64,000 nt of DNA from Dictyostelium discoideum (taxonomy: Eukaryota), in contig CM000154.2 in the NCBI GenBank assembly GCA_000004695.1, forward strand, positions 480,001-544,000, written 5' to 3'. The stretch's first letter is position 1. Each line of letters begins with the position of its first letter. The position numbers and the translations under genes are program-made. This document shows positions 14,968-26,342 of the stretch, in pieces. The notes under the pieces are model-generated. The model was given only the letters and a program-made list of their open reading frames with translations. It was not told where the DNA came from and did no database searches.

Positions 14968-16392
14968 TCATAAATCAGATAAAGCAGTAACACCTGGTAA
15001 TTCTTTACCTTCTAATAATTCTAATGAAGCACCACCACCAGTTGAGACATGACTAACTTTATCTTCAGTGTTGTATTTGGCAGCACAAGTGGCGGTATCA
15101 CCACCACCAATGATAGTGATAGCACCATTGGTTGTGGCATTGACAACATCATCCATGGCAGCTTTTGTACCGGCTTCGAAATTGCTCTTTTCAAATACAC
15201 CCATAGGACCATTCCAAACGATGGTTTTTGCTCTTGAGATGGTATCTCTGTTTTCTTTGATAGTCTCTGGACCACAATCTAAACCCATCCAACCTTCTGG
15301 GATACCTTGATCTTGAGTGACGGTTTTGATGTTGGCATCATTATCAAATTTATCGGCAATGACATAATCGACTGGGAAATGTAATTTTACATTATTTTTA
15401 GCGGCTTTGGCAATGATATCTTTGGTGATTTGTTCGGCTGTTTTCTCAAACAATGATGAACCAATCTCTTTGTTATCAATGAATTTCTTGAAAGTGAAGG
15501 CCATACCACCACCAATGATCATTTCATCGACTTTATACAAAAGGTTTTCAATGAGTTTAATTTTATCACTAACCTTTGCACCGCCAAGAATTGCCAAGAA
15601 TGGTTTTGATGGTGACTCTAAAGCCTTGGCAAAGTATTCCAATTCTTTTTTCATGAGGAAACCAGCGGCTTTTTGTGGGAGATTAATACCAACCATTGAA
15701 CTATGTGCTCTATGAGCAGTACCAAAGGCATCGTTCACATAGACATCACCGAGCTTGGTGAGTGATTCACGGAATTCTTTAACTTTCTCTGGGTTGGCTT
15801 TGACCTTTTTACCCTCTGCATCAACACCTGAACCTTCCTCTTCAATGTGGAAACGGAGATTCTCCAATAAAATAACGGTACCTTCCTCTGGATTTGCACA
15901 TTCTTTTTCAACTTGTTCACCAACACAATCTGATAAGAATTTAATTGGTCTTTTTAATTGATCTTCCAATACTTTAACCACTGGTTTCAAACTATACTCT
16001 GGTTTAACCAAACCATCTGGACGACCTAAATGTGACATCAATACAATTGATTTAGCACCATTCTTTAAACAATATTCTAATGTTGGAATTGATGCATCAA
16101 TTCTTTGAGTACTTGTAATATTATTATTTTTATCTAATGGTACATTATAATCAACTCTTTTTTTTTTTTTTAAAAAAAAATAATAAATAAATAAATAAAA
16201 AAAAATATAAAGTTTAAAAAAAAAAATAAAAAAAAAATAAAAAAAATTAATATTATTATAGGAAAAAAAAAAAAAAAATAAAAATAAAAATAATAATAAC
16301 AATTAAATAGATATTTACCTAATTAAAACTCTTTTACCTTTTACATCTACCTTGTCAAGACTTAATTTATTACCAATTTTATTTGAAGACAT
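14968..16392 (-). CDS. pgkA: Phosphoglycerate kinase; 2 exons on the minus strand at 16392..16319 and 16156..14968
   Basis: Exon 1 reads ATG TCT TCA AAT AAA ATT GGT AAT AAA TTA AGT CTT GAC AAG GTA GAT GTA AAA GGT AAA AGA GTT TTA ATT AG|GTAAAT ([25 protein letters not shown]) in phase 2. An AT-rich 162-nt intron ends at (A)nAG|AGTTGATTATAATGTACCA, continuing ..[25 protein letters not shown]...GRPDG...KFSLKPV...[20 protein letters not shown], a full-length PGK of about 420 aa. The track ORF N-terminus ([12 protein letters not shown]...) is translated intron. Confidence 0.9.
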
Positions 16393-16472
16393 TTTGATTA
16401 ATGATTTGTTAAAAATTAAAAAAAAATAAAAAAATAAAAAAAAAAAATAAAAATAATGTTCAATTTTGTTTG

Positions 16473-16506
<34 letters not shown>

Positions 16507-16992
16507 TTTTAATTTTTTTTTTTTTTTTTTTTGAAATTAAATATTAGGGCAACTATTTTTCATTGAAATTCCTAAATGTGGGATTTTAGAAAAAAAAAAA
16601 AAAAATAATTGGGAAAAATCATTTTATCTTTTGATTAAAAACTAATAGGGTTTTTTTTTTTTTTTTTTTGTTCCCATATTTGGTATAATTTTTATTGTTT
16701 TGTTGATCTAATTTTTTAGTTTTGTTGACTAAAATTTCTAAATTTACTTTAAAGTTAAATAAAAAAATTTTTAGAAGAAAGATCTTCGAAAATTTTTAAT
16801 AAAAACTTTTAATTTTTTTTAATTTTTTTTTTTTTTAATTTTTTTTAATTTTTCAATTTTTAAATTTTTTTTTTTTTTTTTTTTTAATTTCAAAATTAAT
16901 TTATAATTTTCACACACATTTTTTTTTTTTCTTATTTATTTTTTAAAAAAAAAAAAAAAACACTTTTATAAATAATTATATATACATAATAA

Positions 16993-17681
16993 ATGGCTGA
17001 CGTTGAAGCATCATCATCAGCATCAAAAACACCAAAAAAGAAGTTTGAAGTTAAAAGATGGAATGCTGTAGCTTTATGGATTTGGGGTAAATTTATTTTT
17101 TTACTTTTTTCTCAAAATAAAAAAAAAAAATAAAAATAAACAAAACAATCAACAATAATTAATTAAAAATCAAGAATGGATGCCAAAGAAATAAAAAAAT
17201 TAAATAATAATAATAATATTATCATATAAATAACTTTTTTTTAAAATGTTAAAGAAAAAAAAGATAATCTAATATTTATTTTCTTTTTATAGATATTGTT
17301 GTAGATAATTGTGCAATTTGTAGAAATCATATTATGGATTTATGTATCGAATGTCAAGCTAATCAAGCATCAAATACAAGTGAAGAATGCACTGTTGCAT
17401 GGGGTATTTGTAATGTAGGGTTTTTTTTTTTTTTTCTTCTCTTTATCTCTTTTAAAGAGAATATGCACATTTCATTTTACTCACACAATCTTATTTTTCT
17501 ATAGCATGCCTTCCATTTCCATTGTATTTCACGTTGGTTGAAATCAAGACAAGTTTGCCCTCTTGGTATGTAAACTTTATTATTTTTCATTCTTTATCAT
17601 CATTATCAAAAAATAATTCTAACTTTTTTATACCAATATACAGATAATAGAGATTGGGAATTCCAAAAATACGGAAGATAA
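16993..17681 (+). CDS. rbx1: RING-box protein 1 (Rbx1/Roc1, cullin-RING ligase RING-H2 subunit); 4 exons at 16993..17086, 17293..17414, 17505..17565 and 17644..17681
   Basis: The spliced product [31 protein letters not shown]|[41 protein letters not shown]|[20 protein letters not shown]|[12 protein letters not shown] is colinear with human RBX1 ([41 protein letters not shown]...[41 protein letters not shown]). The donors are GTAAAT, GTAGGG and GTATGT, the acceptors are (T)nATAG, CTATAG and ATACAG, and the phases are consistent. The ORF track misses the gene entirely. Confidence 0.85.
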
Positions 17682-17866
17682 TAAAAAAAAAAAAAAATAA
17701 TAATAATAATAATAATAAAAAATCAACAAATCAAATTTGTAACATACATTTCCTGATAAACTTTTTTTTTTTTTTTTATTTTTTTTATTTTTTTTATTTT
17801 TTTTATATTACAAAAAGGAAAGTTTGGGTTCAATTATATTTCCCAAAAATAGAAATATTATAAATC

Positions 17867-17908
<42 letters not shown>

Positions 17909-18220
17909 AACAAGGTTGTTTTATAAATTATAAATTGTTTAAAAATTTATTTCAAACAACGTTTCATAAAAATTCATTGATAAGTTTTTTTTTATTTTTA
18001 TTATTTTTTTAAAACAAAATAATAAAAAAAAATTAAAAAAATTAAGAAACCTTTTTTTTTTTTTTTTTTTGTTTGAAATAATAATAATAAAATTAAAATT
18101 GGTAACGAGTCAAAAAATAAATATAGGGATTATTTGAAAAAACCCGTCTTCTTTAATATTTAAAAATAAAAATAAAAATTATTTTATAAGAAACTGACTG
18201 ATCCCAATTTGATTATTTTG

Positions 18221-18254
<34 letters not shown>

Positions 18255-18606
18255 AAAAAAAAAAAAGTGTTTTGTTTTATAATAATAAAAATGGATGGGT
18301 CATTTGATTTTCTTTTAAAATTTTTTTATTTTTTTTTTTTTTGAATTATTTTTATTTTTTTTTTTTATTTTTTTTTTTAAAAAAAAAAATTTATTTTTAT
18401 TTTTCTTTTTTTATTTATTATTTATTTTTTATTTTTTTTTTATGTTGTAGTTAATAATTTATTTATTTATTTATTTCTCTATTTATTTGTATTTATTTTT
18501 TTAAAAAAAATTTAAAAAATTTTTTAATGTATAATAATAATTAAAAAAAAAAAAAAAAAAAATCTAAACCCAATTAAAAAAAAAAAAAAAAATATTCAAA
18601 TTTTGG

Positions 18607-18641
<35 letters not shown>

Positions 18642-18739
18642 ACTTTTTTATTTTTTTTATATTTTCTCTTTTTAATAATTAATTTTATTTTAATATAAAA
18701 CTCATAATTTTATATATAAAATAAAAAAATAAAATAAAA

Positions 18740-21372
18740 ATGAACAAAGAAGAATATTCAGATATTTCAGACTCTGAATCAGAGGAAGTTCATGAAACAA
18801 ACAATCATAATGAACACGAACACGAAGAAGAAGATGACACACCAGAAATTGTTGTACCAGAACGTAAATTCTTAAAAGAAGATGAAGATTATTCAGTTCC
18901 ATTCCCAGTCATGCGTGAATGTTTGGTCCTTTTGTTGCAATCAAGAAGAATCTTAAGAGATATGATGTATTATAGATTCAAAATGGATAGATTCCTTTCT
19001 GGTAATCTCTCTGTATTTGAAATTCAAAATCTATTACATTCACAAAGAGAAGATAAAGAATCTGATTGGATTGCTGGTATGTTTTAATAATTATAATATT
19101 TATTATTATTATTATTTTTATTTTCTTTTTTTTTTTTTTTTTTTTTTAATTTTTTTTTTTTTTTTTTTTTTTCATTTCATAATTCTATTTATAATTTTAT
19201 TAATAATTTTTTTTTTTTTATAAATTTTTTTTTTTTATAGAAATTCAAGAATTAAAACGTAATTTAGTTAGTGAAGTTAGAAGAAATCATACATTAGAAA
19301 GAGATCTTAATCGTCTTGATAAGAGAATTGCACTTTTAATTAAAAATCGTGGTAATATTCAAGATGTATTAGCAGACAAAGCTGGTCTTAAAGCACCAAA
19401 ACATAAGGGAGATCAAAAGAAACCAGAGCTTATTAATGATCCAAAGAAATTAGAAGCCTATCAAAATCTCTTTTACTTACTTCAAACAGAACCAAAATAT
19501 TTGGCAGGTTTGGTTTATTTGATTCAACCAGAGCAAATGGAGTCCTTCTTGGGTACCGTCATCTTGACATTGTTTGGTGATGCATTCACACCAAGAGAAG
19601 AGTTTCTCTTACTCTCTCTCTATAGACTTTCAATTCAAAAGGAGATGGCAAACATTGCAACCGTTGGTGATTTCCTCAAGGCTGACACTGTCGTTCCAAA
19701 GATGATTATCACCTACAACAAACGTAAACAAGGTACCGACTATTTGAAGGCTGTCATTGGTCCAATCTTGTCTAATGTCATCAAACAAGAGTTGAATCTC
19801 GAGTTGAAACCAAATTTAGTCTATGCTGCCATCATCTCTGAACAAGAGATTAGAACCGGTGAAAAGAGTACACTCGATAGAAATGTCTCACATGAGAAAG
19901 CTTTAGAAGTTCCAGAGGTTACCAAAACTATCAAGGCTCGTGTCGATCAATTGATCTCCATTTGTGAACAATTCCTCGATGGTATCATTAGTTCATTGAA
20001 TCGTCTTCCATATGGTATTCGTTGGATTTGTAAACAAATCTATCAAATCGCTGAAAAGAATTTCACCAAATCAACTCAAGATGAAATTCTCAAGGTCATT
20101 GGTTACTTTATTTACTATCGTTTCATTCAAGTTGCCATGGTCTCTCCAGAGGAATATGATTTGGTCGGTCGTGAAATTCATCCAACCGCCCGTAAGAATT
20201 TAATCAATGTATCAAAAGTATTACAAGCACTTTTCAATTTTGCTCAATTTGGTTCCTCTGAAAAACACTTTATTCCTTTGAATGGTTGGATCACCTCTCA
20301 TATGGGTGACATTAAAAATTATCTCCAAGAGATCATTGAAGTCGGTGAACCAGAAGATTATCTCCAAGTTGATAAATATATGGAACTCACTCAAAAAACT
20401 AAACCAGTCATTATCATCTCCCTTCCAGAGATTTGTAATACTCATCAACTCATCTCAAAGAATTTAGATTCACTCGTTGCCAAAGGTGAAAAGGATGATC
20501 CAATGAGAATCATTATGAAGGAACTCGATGAATTTGGTCCACCACCAGATATTGCTGCCGATGATGATCGTGAAGTTCAATTGACTCTTTCCAATAAATT
20601 CCAAAAAACCATTGAAGAGGAATTATCACCAGGTGAAAGTCTTCTCTCTCAAACCAAAGAGATGGTCATCTCTTTACTTCGTGCTCTTCCAACTCTTCCA
20701 GAACAAAAAGACCAATCTGATGAACCACCCAATCTTGTCGATGTTTTAAACAAGGCTCGTCAAGCTGATCCATCTTTGGAGCCAGAAATCAAAAAGATCC
20801 TTGATAACCTCAAAAAACTTGAAGAATATAATCTCACCACCTCTGCCGATAATTATTCCTCTTTCCTCAAGGCAGTCGCACTCGAAGTAGTTAATCGTGC
20901 TGAAATTCGTGAACAACAAAAGAAGGAGAAACAAAGATTAACCACCTCTTTGAATAATCTTCGTAAACATCAAAAATATCTCAACGAACAAATCGCTCAA
21001 TACAATCAATACCTCCAAGATTGTCGTCTCAAACATTATCAAAACAAGAGCAAAAAGAAGAAGAAGGGAGATGGTGCCAAAGTTGGTCCTTTCAAATTCA
21101 GTTTCAGCGAACTTCACAAGAAAGGTGTCATCGTCGACTCTGAAGTTCCTCAAATCACCAGAAAGAAGATTAAATTTGTCATTAGCTCTGATACCGTTGG
21201 TGTGTTTGATGTCTCTGCTAAAATGGCTGGTATCGATGTTCAAACTATGCGTTTGGAACTTGATGACCTTTTAGAACTCAATTCAATTGGCACCACAACT
21301 TTAGAATTAGATCAAATCACTTTAGATGTTAATATGACCATACATTTATTAAACAAACTTTTCTTATATTAG
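18740..21372 (+). CDS. rgaA: IQGAP-related RasGAP-domain protein (DGAP1/GAPA family); 2 exons at 18740..19076 and 19241..21372, about 822 aa
   Basis: Exon 1 (acidic N-terminus) ends ..DWIAG in phase 1 at donor GTATGT (19077). The (T)nATAG acceptor at 19239/40 continues EIQELKRNLVSEVRR...YLAGLVYLIQPEQMESFLGTVILTLFGDAFTPREEFLLLSLY...YGIRWICKQIYQ... (a RasGAP-related domain, FLR/YxxR-type motifs) and a RasGAP C-terminal region. The predicted length of 822 aa equals what I recall for DGAP1, but the symbol is uncertain and gapA is the alternative. Track ORF 19501 starts at a TTG. Confidence 0.8.
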
Positions 21373-21514
21373 TCAACTTAATAAATAAAAAATAAATAAA
21401 AAAATATTGTTGTATTAAAGAATAAAAAACAAACACATTTTAATTCGTTTTCAAATTTTTTTTTTTTTTTTTTTAATTTATAATATAATCCAATGTTTCA
21501 TATTACATATTTTA

Positions 21515-21580
21515 ATTAAATTGTTTTAAAATATAATTATTATCTTGGAGGCTGTTTTTAAAATATAATTATTATCTTGG
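21515..21580. repeat. 33-bp tandem duplication (2 copies, 1 mismatch)
   Basis: TTTAAAATATAATTATTATCTTGGAGGCTGTTT / TTTAAAATATAATTATTATCTTGGAGGTTGTTT. Confidence 0.9.
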
Positions 21581-21599
21581 AGGTTGTTTTTAAAATAAT

Positions 21600-21905
21600 A
21601 AAAAAACACCTTTAATCCACCCAAACATAATTTTTTAAATTAAAATTTTTTTTGATTTGGAAAAGATAAGGGTGTTTGGATGTAAAAATTTCAGAATTAA
21701 AGTGAAAAGTAATTTTATACTGCGCTGGTGGGTTTGTCGCCTCTTTTTTTTTTTTTTCCTTTTATTTTTTTATTTTCTATGCGACTCCCCTTAGGAAAAG
21801 ATTGGACCTGGGTGTTATTTGAATCTTTTCCTTTTGGTGGCTTTTTTTTAAAACACCCATTTTTTTCTTTTTTTTTTTTTAAAATTTTTTTTTTTTCCAA
21901 AAATT
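21600..21905 (+). promoter_or_regulatory. Putative promoter region carrying CA-rich / G-box-like elements upstream of the 21928 glycoprotein gene
   Basis: G/C-containing islands in otherwise AT-only DNA sit 30-330 bp upstream of the ATG: AAAACACC, CACCCAAAC, GGGTGTTTGGATG, GGTGGGTTTGTCGCC and ACACCCATT. They resemble Dictyostelium CAE/G-box (GBF-type) motifs of post-aggregative and prespore genes, but this is an inference only. Confidence 0.3.
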
Positions 21906-21927
21906 CATAATATTCCAACATCAAAAA

Positions 21928-24900
21928 ATGAGACAAATAAATAATATCTATCTCTTTTTTTTATTTTCAATTATTACTTTTAATGGTAAATACTTAAAAA
22001 GAGTTTTATAATTTTTTTCTAATTTTTTTTTTACACAAATAAATAAATCTATCTATTTTTTTATTTTTCCAAGAATTCTTTTTAACCAAAATTAAAAAAT
22101 TTAAAATAAAATTTGACAACAAATAGAAATAAACTCAAGAGAGCCTTGCATTCAGAATTATACGTTTGAATATGGCAGAAATTATAAAGGAGATTATGGA
22201 ATGTTATATGATCTAAATTGTTTAGATCCAAATTTCGAAAGGGTTACTGTTAGTGGTCCGCAAAAAATTAATAATAGCTATACAAATAATTTCAAAGATA
22301 AAAATATTCCATCGTTTTACTTTATTAATCCTGGATATACAATTTATAATTTCCATCCAACTCCGTTATCAAATTCTACCGAATTTTCAATTAATTCCTC
22401 ATTCCAAAATTCATCTCTGATTATTAAATCATTTTTTTTAAAAAATGGTAATGTATTGTATTCGATTTTTTATTTTTATTGATCATTTTTTAATATTAGC
22501 TTTTATTAGCTTCAGATATATCAGATATTAAGCAAATTATTATGGTAGATTCAAAATATTGTTCCTCATTAAAATATGATCAATGTGTACTATTTATTGA
22601 GTTCAATGGCATATCTGAGCCAACGCTATTATTTGACGATAATCTTTATAGACCATTTTTAATTAATGGTAATCCAAACAAAGGGAAATATTACATAGAG
22701 TTATCAAGAATTTCATCATTACCCAAAGAGTCATACAGTATTTATCTCTTTTCAAATAGTCTCAAATATGAACCCATTCATACATTTAAAGGACTGAATT
22801 ACACAGGACAAATGGTGGCAGCAAATCCCCCATATGTATATTACTATTCTAAACCAATTACATATATTTTTATTGAAATTGAAACCCTACCGGGAAATTT
22901 AGGAAGTCTTATTGTTCGTTATCAAAATTTTGAAAATTTTGATTTGGTTATTCCACTACCATTCTCATTTACTTTGAATGATGGCATTGCTAGTTTTTCA
23001 ATAGCTTATCCAGTTTCCCAATATTTTGTTCCCCCAACACAATTGTCAATTTCATTCACAAATGTTAACGACTTTTTTGGAAAGATAAATATGGGAGGAT
23101 CAAAATTAAAAGATTATGAAAGCCCAACCAAATTAAATGTAGATTTTTTAAAACCATTCGAGTATTCTGATAAAATTGCCATCAGAGTGAGGGCTTCGGA
23201 CAAAGGTTCAGGAGTTCAATATATTATATTCACTTTTAATTCCACTTATTCTTTGCAACCAATTAACTCAATTAAGTTATCAAATATGGATTTAGTAAAA
23301 GGTGATTGTTTTAATGGTATTTATCAAGTAATTGTTCCAAAATATAAAATTCGAAAGTATTATGAAATAGAAATAATTGATCATGCCAATAATTCAAATA
23401 ATAGTAAAGATTCTACCCCATTTTTATTTTTAAGTCCAATGGATTTCCAATCTATCTTTTTTGCCAGTCAAAGTAGTGATGTATCTGAAAATTCTGTTAA
23501 AAATACAATGTTTATAGAACTAAAAAATAAATCGATAGATTGGTTGGCTTTCGAATTTATTCCAATATTTGGAGTTAAGCATGAGCCATCATTCATTAGC
23601 AAGTGGAATTCATCAAGTACAATATATGAAATTCATTTCACGATTCCTGCTCGTTTGCCACCAGGACCAATACAATATATTTTGAATCCTGTTGACATAG
23701 ATAGTTCTACGTTTTATACATATCTTGGCCCTTCTTCTGAATTAAACATTATTTGTGAAAAAACTGATACAATTGGACCATTGGTGACTTCACTATTGGC
23801 ATATAACCCTGAAACACTATCGTATGGTAAATCTGTTGAAGTTGGGTTTGAAATACATTTTAAAGACGATTTAAATGGTATTGCTGATATTAATTTTACT
23901 ATAATCTCAGACAAAGATAAAAATGGTTTTGATTTTAATTGTAAGCCACCAGAAATAAAAAATACTCATACATGTTCTCCAAGATGGAATGTAACCATAC
24001 CACAGACATTTTACATATCCCAAATGTCCACAATAGATAGCAAGGGTTATTCAACTGAATATCCTAATATTAATAAAGTAAACCCAATGATGGAAATTGT
24101 AGAAACTGATTATAATAAACTGATAGTTACAAGTAGTGGTGAAATGGACACAGATATCCCAACGTTGGTTCATTTCATTTCTAATATATCATATATAAAT
24201 AATCAATCAGATAGATCGATTTTAGTTAACTTTACTATTGAAGATACCAATAGTGGTGTTTCAATTAAATATCAACCAACAATTTATACAATCCCAGATA
24301 CTTTGAATATTCTTTCATTTCCATGCAAACACGAAGAGGGTTTGATCAACAACACCAAATACCGCCAGGTAAATTTTTACTGCGAGTTAATGTTACCATA
24401 TTTATATGGCTATCCAAACGGTTTCTTTTTCCAAATTCATGGTGTTTATGATAATCATTTTAATTCTGCAGGTTTTTCTTATGACAATAGCCCAAGATTT
24501 GGTTTTTTCATAAATGTTACAGTTGGTGATGATATACCATTCATTGAATCATTTAAAACTGATGAATCATATATAACCTTAAAAGGTTTTAAATTTGGAA
24601 TTTCACCTAGTGTAATATATAACTCCAACTTCACACAAGAACTATTAATATTTTCTCCTTCCCCTTTTTTAAATAACAGTTTTATTCAATTTAAACCAAA
24701 TTTAACCCAAAACATTATTGGAGAAACTATTTTGATCTACATTAATACCTCGGAAGGAAAATCCAACACTATTTCAATTGAATTGCCATGTAAAGGAGAG
24801 CCATTATGTGGTGGTCAGTCTCAAGGAATTTGCACCCTAATGGGGTGTAGATGTAAACCTGAATATACCGGGACTGATTGCTCATCAAATATTATTATTA

Positions 24901-25784
24901 TAAATCCAAATATTAACTTAACCAAACCTGATGTCCAATTACCATACACTCACCATCAATCTTTGATTTCTGTTCATTCTTTAAGAGAAGTTGATTTCAA
25001 TGGTAAATTGGTTAATGAATATATATTTAATAATTGGAGTTATTATGGTTCAAATAATAGTTTCTCATATATAACAGATGTCAATAATAAAAATGTACCT
25101 GATAATAATGTAAAGGTTGAGGTTTTAATTAGACATTATAAAGATGGCGGTTTAGTAGAATTTGCCGGCAAAAATGTTCCAATTTTGCTGGGAGCTGTTA
25201 AGTATTATTTTTCTCTTTCTAAGTATATATTTAAATCTCAGTTAAATACATTACATTTGGTAATGCATGCTGCTGTAGAAACTTCACAAAAAGAAAATGT
25301 GTGCATGGGTAGTGAGTTTGGAATTGATGGTTTGGAACAAGAATCTCAATACTTTAAAGTTCAAATCAATGGTTTTAGTCTATATGGACAATTTATGACA
25401 AGAGCAATAATAGATGGTAAATTTATATCAATCAGAAACCTACAGGTTAATAGTTCAGATTTTAAAAAATCTTTAAACACCAACACACATTCTCAAATTT
25501 ATTTTGCAATTGAAATTCCTAATTATGAAATAAGGGCTGAATTAGATCCAAACTTTAGTGTCCTCTTGGAAAATACCAATAAACCAAATTCTCAAAATTT
25601 TGTTTGTGTTGGTGGTAAATCAGGAGGTTTGACATCTCTGCAAATGGTTGGAATTATAATATCTTGTGTGGGAATGTTTGTGGTTGTTATTGTAATAATT
25701 TGTTATATTTCATATAAAAAATCAACTTTTCTTCGTATTAAAGCAAGATTTGTATCCTTGAAATTAAAAAGTCTCAGAGACTAA
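21928..25784 (+). CDS. Large type I membrane/secreted glycoprotein with a C-terminal EGF-like Cys cluster and TM anchor; 3 exons at 21928..21985 (signal peptide), about 22127..22447 and 22516..25784
   Basis: Exon 1 is ATG AGA CAA ATA AAT AAT ATC TAT CTC TTT TTT TTA TTT TCA ATT ATT ACT TTT AAT G|GTAAAT (MRQINNIYLFFLFSIITFN, a signal peptide, phase 1). Exon 2 is open from a TGA at 22114, with candidate acceptors CAAATAG|22127 or 22141/42. The donor AAT G|GTAATG at 22448 and acceptor TTCAG at 22514/15 join to ...DISDIKQIIMVDSKYC.... The protein has many N-glycosylation sequons, then CKGEPLCGGQSQGICTLMGCRCKPEYTGTDCS (EGF-like), a hydrophobic helix VGIIISCVGMFVVVIVIICYI and a short basic tail. Confidence 0.6.
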
Positions 25785-26075
25785 TATTTCACTAGAAAAA
25801 AATTATTAAATAAATCATTTTATGAGAAATTTTATAATCGAAATCTCTTTTATTTCGAAAAATGAAATTATTTGATAGAAATTGCATATTTTTTTTAAAG
25901 TAAAATTTGAACACAAATTTATTTATTCTTTCATTTCTTAAAATAATTTTTTCTAATAATTCTTTAATTTTAAAGAAATGATAGAATGTCCCATACCAAA
26001 ATTATATATGATAAAATTAATAAAAACAAAAAAAAGAGAAAGTTTTGAAAATGAAATTTTATTAAATGTTTACAT

Positions 26076-26225
26076 TGGACCTATCAGTGAATAATTGAAT
26101 TAATTTTAAACAAAAAAAAAGTTTTTTTTGAAAAAGATTGAGTTATCCCGGAGAAGTTCATTTTTTAAACAAAAACAAATTATTTCAAAAAAAGTTTTTT
26201 TTTTTTTAAAAAATTCCAAAATCTT
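26076..26225 (+). mobile_element. Copy A of repeat family 2 (TG-initiated, LTR-like; short or solo copy)
   Basis: TGGACCTATCAGTGAATAATTGAATTAATTTT...TTATCCCGGAGAAGTTCATTTTTT...ATTTCAAAAAAAG(T)n. It lies about 120-270 bp upstream of the 26343 gene. Confidence 0.45.
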
Positions 26226-26244
26226 TTAGCCAAAGTTTTTAAAA

Positions 26245-26278
<34 letters not shown>

Positions 26279-26342
26279 CAAAATTTCAATTTAAAAAAAA
26301 TAAAGGAAAAAACACACCAAAATTAAATAAGTAAGAATAAAA

